Under the pieces are notes generated by a model. That model worked only from the letters and a program-made list of their open reading frames with translations, did no database searches and had not been told where the DNA came from. A stretch of DNA of 64,000 nucleotides from an uncultured Ferrovum sp. (GTDB lineage: Bacteria > Pseudomonadota > Gammaproteobacteria > Burkholderiales > Ferrovaceae). Of this stretch, positions 39,470 to 52,832 are shown in pieces; positions within the stretch are counted from its first letter, which is position 1; every line of letters starts with the position of its first letter. Location of the stretch: positions 7,609 through 71,608 of the forward strand of contig CAIVUX010000022.1 in the NCBI GenBank assembly GCA_903909215.1. Direction: 5' to 3'. A program made the position numbers and the translations under genes.

Positions 39470-40510
39470 ATGAATCCATCGCCACTTTTCTCCTCAAACC
39501 CTAAGGCTAGCCCCTTTCGAGCCCCCAGATGGCTGGGTGATCCTCATGCACAAACCCTCTATGGCGCCCTATTAGCACCCGTCGGCACGCCGCTCTGGCA
39601 ACGCGAAACATGGACCACCCCCGACAATGACTTTATCCATGTGGATACCCTAGAGGGGGCGCCCGACGCACCCTTACTGGTGATTTTTCATGGGCTGGAA
39701 GGCAGTACCAACTCACGCTACAGCCGCGCGTTAGCCCTTGCAACACAGGCACGGGGTTGGCGTGTATGCGCGCCCAACTTTAGAAGTTGTAGCGGCATCA
39801 TGAATCGCGCTCCGCGTCTGTATCATGCAGGCGACAGTGCCGAGATTGACTGGATTTTAAAACGCGCCTGGACCTTGGGGTCAGACCCCACTACTCTTGT
39901 GGGGTCTGACCCCAAAGTGCAACGACCCATGTTCGCGGTAGGCGTATCTTTGGGCGGCAACATGTTGCTGAAGTGGTTGGGCGAGCAAGGCGCTACAGCC
40001 AAACCTATCCTACATGCCGCCGCCGCCGTGTCTGCACCCCTGGATTTGGCTGCTGTGGCGGAAAACCTGTCTTTGGGTTTTAACCGCGTCTACACCCACC
40101 ATTTCTTAAGCACCCTTAAACAAAAGGCGCGCGCCAAATACGCACAGCACCCACACCTGTTCGACTTACACCGCACGCTGTCCTCGCGCACCATGCGTGA
40201 CTTTGACGATCACTTCATGGGACCGGTGCATGGCTTTCGTGATGCCGAAGATTATTGGGCACGCTCTAGCAGCACACCGTTTTTGCCGCTGATTCAGGTG
40301 CCCACGCTGTTATTAAACGCTCAGGATGACCCTTTTATGCCCGCCGGCGTGTTGCCTAATGCCCGCCAATGCGCCACGGCTGTTAGACGCGACTTTTCAG
40401 CACAAGGCGGTCATGTGGGATTTGTGTCTGACGGTTTTCCCGGCCATTTAAAGTGGATGCCGCAGCGGGTATTGGATTTTTTGGCGTCCTCTTTAAACCC
40501 AATCAGGTAA
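39470..40510 (+). CDS. Alpha/beta hydrolase, YheT/ABHD1-3-like, carrying a palindrome-pair insertion
   Basis: Contains HGLEGS, a nucleophile elbow GVSLGGN, and a C-terminal DDPF...GGHVGF. An ATG at 39470 follows the TTG used by the track. An extra segment, LGSDPTTLVGSDPK, lies just before the nucleophile elbow. Confidence 0.8.
   Translation: MNPSPLFSSNPKASPFRAPRWLGDPHAQTLYGALLAPVGTPLWQRETWTTPDNDFIHVDTLEGAPDAPLLVIFHGLEGSTNSRYSRALALATQARGWRVCAPNFRSCSGIMNRAPRLYHAGDSAEIDWILKRAWTLGSDPTTLVGSDPKVQRPMFAVGVSLGGNMLLKWLGEQGATAKPILHAAAAVSAPLDLAAVAENLSLGFNRVYTHHFLSTLKQKARAKYAQHPHLFDLHRTLSSRTMRDFDDHFMGPVHGFRDAEDYWARSSSTPFLPLIQVPTLLLNAQDDPFMPAGVLPNARQCATAVRRDFSAQGGHVGFVSDGFPGHLKWMPQRVLDFLASSLNPIR
39877..39913. 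repeat. Inverted pair of the 13-bp palindrome (GGGGTCAGACCCC, an 11-nt spacer, GGGGTCTGACCCC)
   Basis: Both copies are perfect. It is read on the plus strand as G-S-D-P-T-T-L-V-G-S-D-P within the hydrolase gene. Confidence 0.95.
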
Positions 40511-40550
40511 CATTCTCTTTTTAACTGAGTGCATTCCTCGGAGACGTCCC

Positions 40551-41924
40551 ATGATTCCCGCGCGCGAGATATTCAAAGCCTATGACATCCGCGGTATTGT
40601 GGATAAAACCCTCACCGCAGCGGGCGTTGAAACCATTGGGCACGCTATCGGCTCGGAAGCCTTGGCGCGCGGCCTCACCACTATAGCCATTGGGCGCGAC
40701 GGCCGTCTATCCGGCCCAGCGTTGAGCAGTGCGCTGGCAAGCGGCATTCAAAAAAGCGGTGTGCAGGTGGTGGATGTGGGTATGGTGGCCACCCCCATGC
40801 TGTATTTTGCCGCTCATCAATTGGCGCAATCCTCGGGTGTAATGGTGACGGGCTCTCATAACCCACCCGACTATAACGGCCTTAAGATGGTATTGGGCGG
40901 CGACACGCTGTCTGGTGAGGCCATTGTGGGCTTGCGCACACGCATTGAAAAAAACCACCTCAACCACGGCGCGGGAAGTTACAGCACTGCAGACATTGCC
41001 GAAGAATATCTCACCCGTATTGTGAGGGATATTAAACTCAACCGCCCCATGACCATTGTGGTGGATTGCGGCAATGGCATACCCGGACGCTTTGCTCCAG
41101 AACTGTTTCGCCGCTTAGGTTGCACCGTGGTGGAATTATTTTGCGAGGTGGATGGCCATTTTCCCAACCATCACCCGGACCCCTCGCAACCGGAAAACCT
41201 GCGCGATTTACAAGCGGCCTTGGCCGCTGGCCACGGCGAACTGGGTTTGGCCTTTGACGGCGATGGCGATCGCTTGGGCGTGGTGACAAAAGACGGCCAT
41301 ATCATCTACCCCGACCGTCAACTCATGCTTTACGCGGCTGACGTATTGACGCGCAACCCGGGTGCCGAAATTATTTTTGATGTGAAATGCACACGCAATT
41401 TATTTTCATGGATTAAAGAACGCGGCGGCAAACCCACCTTATGGAAAACCGGCCACTCACTGATTAAAGGCAAAATGAAAGAAACAGGCGCACTGTTGGC
41501 GGGTGAAATGAGCGGCCACACCTTCTTTAAAGAGCGCTGGTACGGCTTTGATGATGGCCTCTATACAGGGGCCCGGTTATTAGAAATAGTAAGCCGCACA
41601 CAGGATGTGGCAGGTTTACTCAATGCTCTGCCCGATGCCATCACCACACCCGAATTGCAAATCATGCTCAGGGAAGGAGAAAATTACGCCCTTATCGCCC
41701 AGTTGCAAGAGCAGGGAAAATTTGAGGGGGCCCAAGAAATCATTACCTTGGATGGGGTGCGTGTGGAATATGCCGATGGTTTTGGCTTGGCGCGCTCCAG
41801 CAATACCACGCCGGTAATTGTGTTGCGTTTTGAGGCCGATAGCGCCGCCGCATTAGCGCGTATACAAAGTCAATTTTCCCGCGAGTTACAAAAACTAAAA
41901 CCCGATGTGGTGGTGCCCTACTAA
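40551..41924 (+). CDS. Phosphomannomutase/phosphoglucomutase (AlgC/ManB type)
   Basis: 457 aa. Phosphoserine loop [11 protein letters not shown], Mg site FDGDGDR, and GEMSGH. Confidence 0.92.
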   Translation: MIPAREIFKAYDIRGIVDKTLTAAGVETIGHAIGSEALARGLTTIAIGRDGRLSGPALSSALASGIQKSGVQVVDVGMVATPMLYFAAHQLAQSSGVMVTGSHNPPDYNGLKMVLGGDTLSGEAIVGLRTRIEKNHLNHGAGSYSTADIAEEYLTRIVRDIKLNRPMTIVVDCGNGIPGRFAPELFRRLGCTVVELFCEVDGHFPNHHPDPSQPENLRDLQAALAAGHGELGLAFDGDGDRLGVVTKDGHIIYPDRQLMLYAADVLTRNPGAEIIFDVKCTRNLFSWIKERGGKPTLWKTGHSLIKGKMKETGALLAGEMSGHTFFKERWYGFDDGLYTGARLLEIVSRTQDVAGLLNALPDAITTPELQIMLREGENYALIAQLQEQGKFEGAQEIITLDGVRVEYADGFGLARSSNTTPVIVLRFEADSAAALARIQSQFSRELQKLKPDVVVPY

Positions 41925-42406
41925 ACGTGGATTAACAAACAAATGGCTTGTGCGGCAATGCCTTCGCCACGCCCTGTAAAGCCCAATTGTTCTGTGGTGG
42001 TGGCTTTCACGTTTACACCCTCCACCACCAACCCCAAATCGGCTGCAATATGCGCCACCATGGCTGGAATATGCGGCGCCATGCGGGGGGCTTGCGCAAT
42101 GATGGTGGCATCCACATTAACTGGCGCAAACCCCGCCGCCTTAATCAACACCAATACTTGGCGCAGCAAGGTACGACTGTCCGCGTCACGATAGGCGGCA
42201 TCACTATCCGGGAAATGCTGCCCAATATCGCCCAAGGCCGCAGCTCCCAATAGGGCGTCACTTATGGCGTGCAGCAACACATCCGCATCAGAGTGCCCCT
42301 GCAGCCCAAGGGGATAGGGAATCTCTACACCGCCCAAAATTAAACGGCGGCCTTTTACCAAGGCGTGCACATCAAAACCCTGCCCAATTCGCAAATCCGT
42401 GCTCAT
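41921..42406 (-). CDS. ispF: 2-C-methyl-D-erythritol 2,4-cyclodiphosphate synthase
   Basis: Contains [10 protein letters not shown] and [11 protein letters not shown]. The ATG at 42406 forms an ATGA overlap with the ispD stop. Confidence 0.95.
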   Translation of the reverse strand: MSTDLRIGQGFDVHALVKGRRLILGGVEIPYPLGLQGHSDADVLLHAISDALLGAAALGDIGQHFPDSDAAYRDADSRTLLRQVLVLIKAAGFAPVNVDATIIAQAPRMAPHIPAMVAHIAADLGLVVEGVNVKATTTEQLGFTGRGEGIAAQAICLLIHV

Positions 42407-43098
42407 GCCGATTCCCTTGCCGCTAAAATATATTCTGCCCATTTAAGATCGGCAGGAGTAGTCACCTTAAGATTGGAGGCCTCGCCCATCACCAGCAAGG
42501 GATGATGCCCCAAAGCTTCTACCGCTGAGGCCTCGTCGGTGGCCAATGGGTTATCCTGCAGTGCTTGACACAATAATCCATAACGAAACATTTGCGGGGT
42601 TTGGGCGGCCCATAATCCGGTACGATCCACAGTGCGCGCTACACGCCCTGCCCCATCCTGATGCTTTAGGGTATCTGCCACAGGCACGGCCAGCAAGCCA
42701 CCCACAGCATCCTCGCCCACGGTGGCCATTAGCCGCTGTAGCGCGATGGGGGACAAACAAGGGCGCGCTCCGTCATGCACCAGCACCCAATCCATCGCGT
42801 GAAGCTGGTCTTGTATGGCATGCAAAGCGTTTTGCACGGTTATGGCGCGTGTTTCTCCAGCGCACCATAGAGGCGTTACCCGCGCACCCAGAAGCGCCCA
42901 ATTGATGGACGTGTGGGACTGTTGGTGCTCGGGCGACAGCGCCACAAACACATGCTCCACGGCACCGGGTGCCAGCAGCGCAGCAATAGTATGCACCAAC
43001 AGCGGCTGACCGCGGAGCAGGGTAAACTGTTTGGGGCTTGGGGTCCCAAAGCGGGATCCGGAGCCTCCAGCCGGTACAATAGCAAAACGACGACTCAT
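42403..43098 (-). CDS. ispD: 2-C-methyl-D-erythritol 4-phosphate cytidylyltransferase
   Basis: 231 aa with N-terminus [13 protein letters not shown]. It forms an ispDF operon. Confidence 0.93.
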   Translation of the reverse strand: MSRRFAIVPAGGSGSRFGTPSPKQFTLLRGQPLLVHTIAALLAPGAVEHVFVALSPEHQQSHTSINWALLGARVTPLWCAGETRAITVQNALHAIQDQLHAMDWVLVHDGARPCLSPIALQRLMATVGEDAVGGLLAVPVADTLKHQDGAGRVARTVDRTGLWAAQTPQMFRYGLLCQALQDNPLATDEASAVEALGHHPLLVMGEASNLKVTTPADLKWAEYILAARESA

Positions 43099-43118
43099 GG
43101 CAATTTAATTATCAGACG

Positions 43119-46547
<3,429 letters not shown>

Positions 46548-46558
46548 TAATAAGACCC

Positions 46559-46885
46559 CTAGAAAGGGAGCTTCAGACCGGGGGGCATGGCCATGCCCGC
46601 ACCAAAGCCCGCCATGCGCTCTTTGGAGGCGGCTTCCGCGTGACGGTGCGCCTCTTTTAGAGCGGCCACTATTAAATCTTCTAACATTTCGCGATCATCC
46701 ATGGCCGCCGGGTCGATATGGACGCGCTTGACCACATGGTCGCAGGTCATGGTGACCTTAACGCTGCCCGACCCGGCCTGCCCTTCAACCTCCTGCACGG
46801 CCAATTCTGCTTGCGCGCGTTTCATGTTTTCTTGCATCTGCTGAGCCTGCTTCATGAGGCCCGCCAACCCACCTTTCATCATCAC
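46559..46885 (-). CDS. ybaB: Nucleoid-associated protein YbaB/EbfC
   Basis: 108 aa. Contains [20 protein letters not shown]. It sits in the dnaX-ybaB-recR operon and overlaps the dnaX stop by 4 nt. Confidence 0.92.
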   Translation of the reverse strand: MMMKGGLAGLMKQAQQMQENMKRAQAELAVQEVEGQAGSGSVKVTMTCDHVVKRVHIDPAAMDDREMLEDLIVAALKEAHRHAEAASKERMAGFGAGMAMPPGLKLPF

Positions 46886-48501
46886 GCATCTCCCTTAGGC
46901 ATCAGCTTAGGCTTAATGGAAGATTCTACCAGTTTGCCTCCCAAAGACTCCACCATGGTCTTCACAAACGGATCATCCAGAATGGCTTGTGTGGCGCCTT
47001 GTTGACGTATATCGGCAGCCACATTTTCACTACGGGCCACGGTATCCAAATCAGCAGAACCCACCTCCACCATGACGCGAACATCGGCCTTCAGCAATGT
47101 GGCCAGCGCCGTGCGCAAGCGGTCTTTGTAGGGTGCCAATTGTTTTTGTGCTTGATCTAAAATCAGATGCAAAGTACCCCCCTCATAGCGCACCAACTGA
47201 GAATTGCGCGCCAACTCGTAGGCCATGCCCATACCGGTCAGCTGGCGCACCAAGGCCGACCAATCGCCCAAGCTCTCCGGTGCGTTGGCGCTAGGCACCA
47301 CTGGCACCGCTGGCGCCGCTTCAGTTTTGGCTGGCGCGCTGGGGGCGGGCGTTGCAGGTTTGGCAGGGGCTGCACGAGGCGCTGGCGCCACGATGACAGG
47401 AGGCGCTGTGCCGGAATCGGTTGGTTGAAACGCCAACAGACGCAGCAAAGCCATCCGGAAGCCGGACACTTCATCGGGAGCCAAAGATAAGTCACGGCGG
47501 CTTTGAATGGCGATTTGGTAGAGGAGTTGCAACGTTTCTGCATCCCAATGTTGCGTGAAGGGCAATACCGCAGCACTGATACCCAACGCTTCACGCTGAT
47601 CGGGTAACGCGCGCGCCAAAGTCACCTCATGCAATAAAGCCGCCAGTTCTTGCAAGGCTTGCTCAAACGACAGGTTGCGATTATTCATGGTCTGCGCCAC
47701 TTGAATCAGTGCGGCGGCATCTTGTTGAGCCAAGGCCTGCAGAATGTCGAACAAATGCTCTTGCTCAATACTGCCCAACATATCCCCCACTTCCGCTTGC
47801 GTCACCTTGCCCGCACCAAAGGCGATGGCTTGATCCAATAAGCTTAAGCTGTCGCGCATGCTGCCTTGGGCGGCGCGCGCGATTAATGGCAATGCCGCGG
47901 CTTCGAATGCAATCCCTTCTTCTTTGAGCACATACGAGAGCCGCTCGCCAATGACTTCAGGCGGTATTTGTTTTAAATTGAATTGCAAACAACGCGACAG
48001 CACGGTTACCGGAACTTTTTGTGGATCGGTGGTGGCTAAAATAAACTTCACATGTTCGGGCGGCTCTTCTAAGGTTTTCAGCATAGAATTGAAAGCTGAG
48101 CGCGACAGCATATGCACTTCATCGATGATGTACACCTTAAAGCGGCCCGCTACGGGCATATATTGCGCATTGTCTAGCAGTTCGCGCATTTCTTCCACTT
48201 TGGTATTGGTGGCCGCATCCACTTCCAACATGTCCGGATAGCGCCCGCTGTCAATTTCGACACACGCACCGCAGGTGCCACAAGGGGTAGCGGTAATACC
48301 GCTTTCACAATTAAGACATTTGGCCAAAATGCGCGCGATGGTGGTTTTACCCACACCGCGCGTACCGGTAAACAAATAGGCATGGTGCAGGCGACCGCTT
48401 TGCAAAGCGTTGCCCAAGGCCCGCACCACATGGTCCTGCCCCACCAATTCAGTGAATAAACGGGGGCGCCATTTGCGCGCTAATACCTGAGAAGTGGCCA
48501 T
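46882..48501 (-). CDS. dnaX: DNA polymerase III subunit tau/gamma
   Basis: Contains [13 protein letters not shown]..., Walker [10 protein letters not shown], a zinc module CxxxxxxxxCGxCxxC, DEVHML, and a Pro/Ala-rich linker. Trimmed to the ATG at 48501. Confidence 0.93.
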   Translation of the reverse strand: MATSQVLARKWRPRLFTELVGQDHVVRALGNALQSGRLHHAYLFTGTRGVGKTTIARILAKCLNCESGITATPCGTCGACVEIDSGRYPDMLEVDAATNTKVEEMRELLDNAQYMPVAGRFKVYIIDEVHMLSRSAFNSMLKTLEEPPEHVKFILATTDPQKVPVTVLSRCLQFNLKQIPPEVIGERLSYVLKEEGIAFEAAALPLIARAAQGSMRDSLSLLDQAIAFGAGKVTQAEVGDMLGSIEQEHLFDILQALAQQDAAALIQVAQTMNNRNLSFEQALQELAALLHEVTLARALPDQREALGISAAVLPFTQHWDAETLQLLYQIAIQSRRDLSLAPDEVSGFRMALLRLLAFQPTDSGTAPPVIVAPAPRAAPAKPATPAPSAPAKTEAAPAVPVVPSANAPESLGDWSALVRQLTGMGMAYELARNSQLVRYEGGTLHLILDQAQKQLAPYKDRLRTALATLLKADVRVMVEVGSADLDTVARSENVAADIRQQGATQAILDDPFVKTMVESLGGKLVESSIKPKLMPKGDA

Positions 48502-48514
48502 GATGCGAACTGGC

Positions 48515-49054
48515 CTAGAACCAGTGACCCACACGCAATTGAAGAAAGTTAATGCCTGGGTTGGGGTTTTGAATGCCCGCGTTGGAGAGATGCTGAAAGC
48601 GGACCATCACATCCCAATCTTGCTTTTCACCCACCGTAATGCCGGCGCCAATATGATCGCCAAACTGAAAATGGGTACTCATATTTTTATCATAAAAAAT
48701 ACGCGATTGACTGAGGTAATGCACGCCCACCGCCAACTCTACGAAAGGCGTGACGCTGCCGATTTTCGTCTGGCGAGCACGCCATACGGGGGTAATCGAA
48801 AAGTCCGTGGTGACCTGATTGCCGCCCGTGGCGGCATGGGGGTTCCAAGTTCCGATACTGGCATCCCAATACCCGCCCAGTGACCACGTATGATCAGTAA
48901 ACCAACGGGTTTCCCAAGCATGGGATAAGGATAGGCGCTCCATGTTGGTGTGATCGCCATAACCGGCTTCTATGGAGATGGCGTCAGCGGGATAGGCGCT
49001 TTTGGCTACCAACAGGGTTAAGGCGCATAAGATGAAATAGATTTTTTTAATCAT
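48515..49054 (-). CDS. PagL-family lipid A 3-O-deacylase / acyloxyacyl-hydrolase-type outer-membrane beta-barrel
   Basis: Signal peptide MIKKIYFILCALTLLVAKSAYPADA, a beta-barrel pattern, a C-terminal FQHLSNAG (His/Ser catalytic motif context) and a terminal aromatic residue. The track ORF is over-extended across the SRP RNA gene. Confidence 0.7.
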   Translation of the reverse strand: MIKKIYFILCALTLLVAKSAYPADAISIEAGYGDHTNMERLSLSHAWETRWFTDHTWSLGGYWDASIGTWNPHAATGGNQVTTDFSITPVWRARQTKIGSVTPFVELAVGVHYLSQSRIFYDKNMSTHFQFGDHIGAGITVGEKQDWDVMVRFQHLSNAGIQNPNPGINFLQLRVGHWF

Positions 49055-49090
49055 GGTGTGCAAAAACCCATCAGTAGTCGTGAATAAAAG

Positions 49091-49190
49091 GGGTGGCGAG
49101 CCTAACCCCCGGCACTTACAGGATGTAGTTGTGGCTGCTTCCTTCCGGACCTGACCAGGTTCACTACGCTGCAATGCGGGGAGGCCCGCC
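49091..49190 (-). ncRNA. ffs: Signal recognition particle RNA (4.5S, small bacterial type)
   Basis: The minus strand reads GGCGGGCCUCCCCGC...ACCUGGUCAGGUCCGGAAGGAAGCAGCCAC...GCCGGGGGUUAGGCUCGCCACCCC. The GGUCAGGUCCGGAAGGAAGCAGCC core is the conserved domain IV motif of E. coli 4.5S RNA. The 5' GGCGGGCC pairs with the 3' GGCUCGCC, and a U-run follows. The ends are accurate to a few nt only. Confidence 0.88.
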
Positions 49191-49248
49191 ATAGAAAGAG
49201 AGGATGCGGGAAAAACCCGATAAATTCAAGAGCTGAGCACATAAAGCT

Positions 49249-50607
49249 TTAAAGGGCCACACGAAAGTCGCAACCGGTCTTGGCTCTCACTTGCTCGAGG
49301 GTTACCCCCTCATGAAGCTCCGTGAGCACCAGGCCTGCTCCCGGCTCCACTTGAAATACGCATAGTTCTGTAATGATGGTGTTTACCACGGCGCGCCCGG
49401 TAATGGGCAACGAACATGATTTGAGAATTTTAGGTTCGCCATGTTTGGAGGCATGCTCCATCAGCACAATGACGCGGCCCACACCAGACACCAAATCCAT
49501 GGCCCCACCGGGACCTTTCACCATTTTACCCGGCACCATCCAATTGGCCAGATCACCGTTTTCTGCCACCTCAAGCCCGCCTAAAATAGAGAGGTCCACG
49601 TGACCCCCGCGGATCATGGCAAAAGAATCGGCACTGGAAAAAGTGCTGGAGCCTGGCAGAGTAGTAATGGTTTGCTTGCCCGCATTAATCAAATCAGCGT
49701 CCACCGTGTCTTCTGTGGGAAAAGGGCCAATACCCATCAAGCCATTTTCTGATTGCAACGTGACATGAATGTCTTCAGGGATGTAATTGGCCACCAAGGT
49801 GGGGATGCCAATTCCCAAATTAACATAGAAGCCATCTTTTAATTCCTTTGCTGCCCGCATGGCCAATACTTCACGTACCGATAAATGATGGTGATCCACA
49901 TGATGCCCGCCTGTCAGCGTGCGAAACTCGATGCGTTTTTGGTAGTTTTTACCCTGAATGATGCGGTCCACATAAATGCCAGGGGTGTGAACGCTGTCTG
50001 GATCCAGTTCGCCCGGTTGCACCAGTTCTTCCACCTCCGCCACGGTAATACGCCCGCAAGTGGCCACCATGGGGTTAAAGTTGCGCGCTGTTTTACGAAA
50101 CACCAAGTTGCCTAAGGTGTCGCCCTTCCAGGCTTTCACAATCGACAGATCTGTTTGAATGGCTTCTTCTAATACGTATTCGCGCCCTTTAAACTCGCGC
50201 GTGGGCTTCCCTTCTGCCAATAATGTTCCGACAGCGGTGCGGGTATAAAACCCAGGAATACCAGCGCCCCCGGCGCGGAGCTTTTCTGCCAAAGTGCCCT
50301 GCGGCGTCAATTCTAACTCCAGTTCATGGGCCAACACCTGACGCTCAAATTCCTTGTTCTCGCCCACATAAGAGGCAATCACTTTTTTAACCTGATGGGT
50401 TTTTAGCAGTAAGCCCATGCCAAAATCATCCACGCCGGCATTGTTGCCCACAATGGTTAGGCCTTTAGCTCCGCTGTCCACCAACGCTTCAATAAGGTTT
50501 TCTGGAATTCCGCATAAACCAAAACCACCTGCGGCAATGGACATATCATCATGAAGCAAACCGGCCAATGCACTTTTGGCATCGGGAAACACCTTATTGA
50601 GGGCCAT
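49249..50607 (-). CDS. 3-oxoacid (succinyl-CoA:3-ketoacid) CoA-transferase, subunits A and B fused in one polypeptide
   Basis: 452 aa. The N-terminal half resembles subunit A (AAGGFGLCGIPENL). The C-terminal half resembles subunit B, with the catalytic-Glu motif LQSENGLMGIGP. The two halves are joined by a His-rich linker (TGGHHVDHHHL). Confidence 0.85.
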   Translation of the reverse strand: MALNKVFPDAKSALAGLLHDDMSIAAGGFGLCGIPENLIEALVDSGAKGLTIVGNNAGVDDFGMGLLLKTHQVKKVIASYVGENKEFERQVLAHELELELTPQGTLAEKLRAGGAGIPGFYTRTAVGTLLAEGKPTREFKGREYVLEEAIQTDLSIVKAWKGDTLGNLVFRKTARNFNPMVATCGRITVAEVEELVQPGELDPDSVHTPGIYVDRIIQGKNYQKRIEFRTLTGGHHVDHHHLSVREVLAMRAAKELKDGFYVNLGIGIPTLVANYIPEDIHVTLQSENGLMGIGPFPTEDTVDADLINAGKQTITTLPGSSTFSSADSFAMIRGGHVDLSILGGLEVAENGDLANWMVPGKMVKGPGGAMDLVSGVGRVIVLMEHASKHGEPKILKSCSLPITGRAVVNTIITELCVFQVEPGAGLVLTELHEGVTLEQVRAKTGCDFRVAL

Positions 50608-50703
50608 TGAATAATCAATCCGTGAAATAAAAGGAGGGGAAAGCCCATTTTACCGCAGCGCAGCAAACTGTGGTGAAAGTTTAACGCCAGACAAAGCCGA
50701 ATT

Positions 50704-51351
50704 TTAGGGTGGTAATAGCTTGTTTCTTAAGGCTATTAAAGTTAACTCGGCTTGGTTTTTCGCGGCCAGCTTTTGTTTGATGTTGTACAGATGGGTCCCC
50801 ACAGTGCGGGGGCTTAAAAACAAGGTTTCGGCAATCTGTGCCACAGACTGTCCGGCTGCCAAATGCATAAACACTTCAAACTCACGCTCAGAGAGCACTT
50901 CCACGGGGTTAGAAGACCCAGAAAGAGATTCTTCAACCAGCGCTGAGGCCAAGTGAGGGTCCAGATAGGTTTCATTGCGCGACACTTGCCAGAGGGCTTT
51001 GATGAGCTCTTCTGCCGCACTGCGTTTGGACAAATAACCGCGCGCGCCGGCGGCCATGAGGCGCCGTGGGTGCACGGTATCTTCATGAGCCGAGAGAATC
51101 AATATGCGCGCATCGGGGTGATGGGCCAGAATGCGACTTAAGGCCTCCATGCCTCCAATGCCTGGCATAGACACATCCATCACCAGTACATCGGGCAAGG
51201 CCTCAGGGTAAATACGGCACGCCGCCTCGCCACTGTCGGCCTCGGCGCATACCACCATGTCACCACCGCCCTCCACCAACATACGAAATCCCATGCGCAC
51301 CACCGCATGATCATCTGCCAACATGACACGCAAAGGATGCGCACTCTTCAC
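50704..51351 (-). CDS. NarL/FixJ-family response regulator (REC + LuxR-type HTH)
   Basis: REC motifs (LADDH, DVLVMDVSMPG) and a C-terminal LSEREFEVFMHLAAGQSVAQIAETLFLSPRTVGTHLYNIKQKL. A GTG at 51351 forms a GTGA overlap with the kinase stop. An alternative ATG lies at 51324. Confidence 0.85.
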   Translation of the reverse strand: MKSAHPLRVMLADDHAVVRMGFRMLVEGGGDMVVCAEADSGEAACRIYPEALPDVLVMDVSMPGIGGMEALSRILAHHPDARILILSAHEDTVHPRRLMAAGARGYLSKRSAAEELIKALWQVSRNETYLDPHLASALVEESLSGSSNPVEVLSEREFEVFMHLAAGQSVAQIAETLFLSPRTVGTHLYNIKQKLAAKNQAELTLIALRNKLLPP

Positions 51352-52709
51352 GAAGGTCCCCCTAAGGGCAAGAATACCTCCACACAAAATCCTTGACCGG
51401 GTGTACTGGTCACGTCAAAACGCCCACCCAACGCCTGCACACGCTCACGCATACCCAATACACCAAAACGGTTATCCTTCATTTCGTCCAACGCCATACC
51501 ACGGCCATCATCCGCCACGCGAATGGTTAATTCCTGAGGTTGCGCCGTCACCGTCACCTCGATGGTTTCGGCTTCGGCGTGACGCACAGTGTTGGTCAAA
51601 CATTCTTGCACCACACGATAAACAGTAATGCGCAAAAAGTCAGGCAACGCTTCTAAGTCACCAACCAACGTAATCAACAGATGATGCTCTGGATAGAGGT
51701 TGCGATGCGTGCGCACCAAATCATTGAGCGCCTCGCTAAGGCCTAAATTATCCAAGGCCAAGGGGCGCAATTGCCGCACCATACGGTGCATGGCGTCATA
51801 CATGGTGCCCGATACGGAAACAATCGCTTGTGCGCGCTCAGTCATTTCAGGATGAGTGGCAGCGCTCTGCTGTGCAATCGTGGTGGCAATGGTGCGCACG
51901 GCGGTCACCGACTGCCCCAACTCATCATGCAATTCACGGGCCAAGTTACGCCGCTCGTCTTCTAAGTGCGACTGAATAAGGGCCGACACTTCGCGACTGT
52001 CTTGTAGCTCTTGTGCGGTTCTGGCCGCAGCTTTTTTAATCAGAAAGCTCTCTTCCACTGCTTGAGCCATACGATTAAAAGCCCGTCCCAACAATGCCAT
52101 CTCGCGCATACGCCAATTGGGTAAGCGGGTGTGAAATTCCTTTCTCTCCATTTGCTCTAATCCCAAAATGAGATCACGCAAAGGCGCCAAAGCACGCCCC
52201 ACAATCACATACAGTACCGCATTCACCAAAACGAAAAAAGCCAGTACCAACCAAAGAATTTTTTGCAATTCATCCCATGCGTCCACCACAGAACGCGAGG
52301 CATCGGGGGCAATGACCATATGCCCCCCTGGAAACTCAATGGATACAGGGGACGCTTGCGGAGTTACCCATTCGGCAAACCAAAGTGGGGCGTAATGACC
52401 GGCTTTATATTGAAAAGGAGGAGATTTATAAACCAATAGATCCGCAGCATTGTAGAGCGCAATGTCATGTGCCCGTACGCGCCCCACACGGTTCATGAAC
52501 TCCACCAACAGTTTGGGCGTAACGGCCTGTCCATTAGAAACCACGTCATGCATCATGGTGCCCAATAGTTGCACCGTAATACGAGTGGATCCTTCCATCT
52601 CCTCTCGAATACTGCGCCGTGATGCATCCACTTCTAAAAACAGCAAGGCCGAGATGAACAGAATCATCAAGGTGGTAATGAGCAAGTTAATTTGATTGCG
52701 CAGCGTCAT
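51348..52709 (-). CDS. Sensor histidine kinase, HisKA_3 (NarX/UhpB-like) with two TM segments and a HAMP domain
   Basis: H-box ELHDELGQSVTAV and an HATPase_c region (DDGRGM ... GVLGMRERV ... GGRF). Trimmed to MTLRNQ (ATG at 52709). The track extension reads through the intergenic palindromic element. Confidence 0.85.
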   Translation of the reverse strand: MTLRNQINLLITTLMILFISALLFLEVDASRRSIREEMEGSTRITVQLLGTMMHDVVSNGQAVTPKLLVEFMNRVGRVRAHDIALYNAADLLVYKSPPFQYKAGHYAPLWFAEWVTPQASPVSIEFPGGHMVIAPDASRSVVDAWDELQKILWLVLAFFVLVNAVLYVIVGRALAPLRDLILGLEQMERKEFHTRLPNWRMREMALLGRAFNRMAQAVEESFLIKKAAARTAQELQDSREVSALIQSHLEDERRNLARELHDELGQSVTAVRTIATTIAQQSAATHPEMTERAQAIVSVSGTMYDAMHRMVRQLRPLALDNLGLSEALNDLVRTHRNLYPEHHLLITLVGDLEALPDFLRITVYRVVQECLTNTVRHAEAETIEVTVTAQPQELTIRVADDGRGMALDEMKDNRFGVLGMRERVQALGGRFDVTSTPGQGFCVEVFLPLGGPS

Positions 52710-52775
52710 AAAAAAACAAACCAAAATTTCAATCACATATGATACCAGAGCGAGCGCTCTGCCCCGCTCTGGGGC

Positions 52776-52819
52776 ATAATTTGGGGTCAGACCCCGCATG
52801 GGGTCTGACCCCAAATTAT
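52776..52819. repeat. Perfect 20-bp inverted repeat: ATAATTT-GGGGTCAGACCCC, a 4-nt spacer (gcat), then GGGGTCTGACCCC-AAATTAT. Intergenic.
   Basis: Read directly from the sequence. It has the same architecture as 30729-30772. It lies in the divergent kinase/folA promoter region and ends 13 nt before the folA ATG at 52833. Confidence 0.95.
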
Positions 52820-52832
52820 GAAATGGACGACC

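Noticed and set aside
46882-48501. I looked for a programmed -1 frameshift site (A AAA AAG type) in dnaX that would produce a gamma subunit.
   Set aside because: No heptanucleotide slippery sequence is present. The longest A-run in frame is CAAAAAG (near 48011-48020), with no downstream hairpin.
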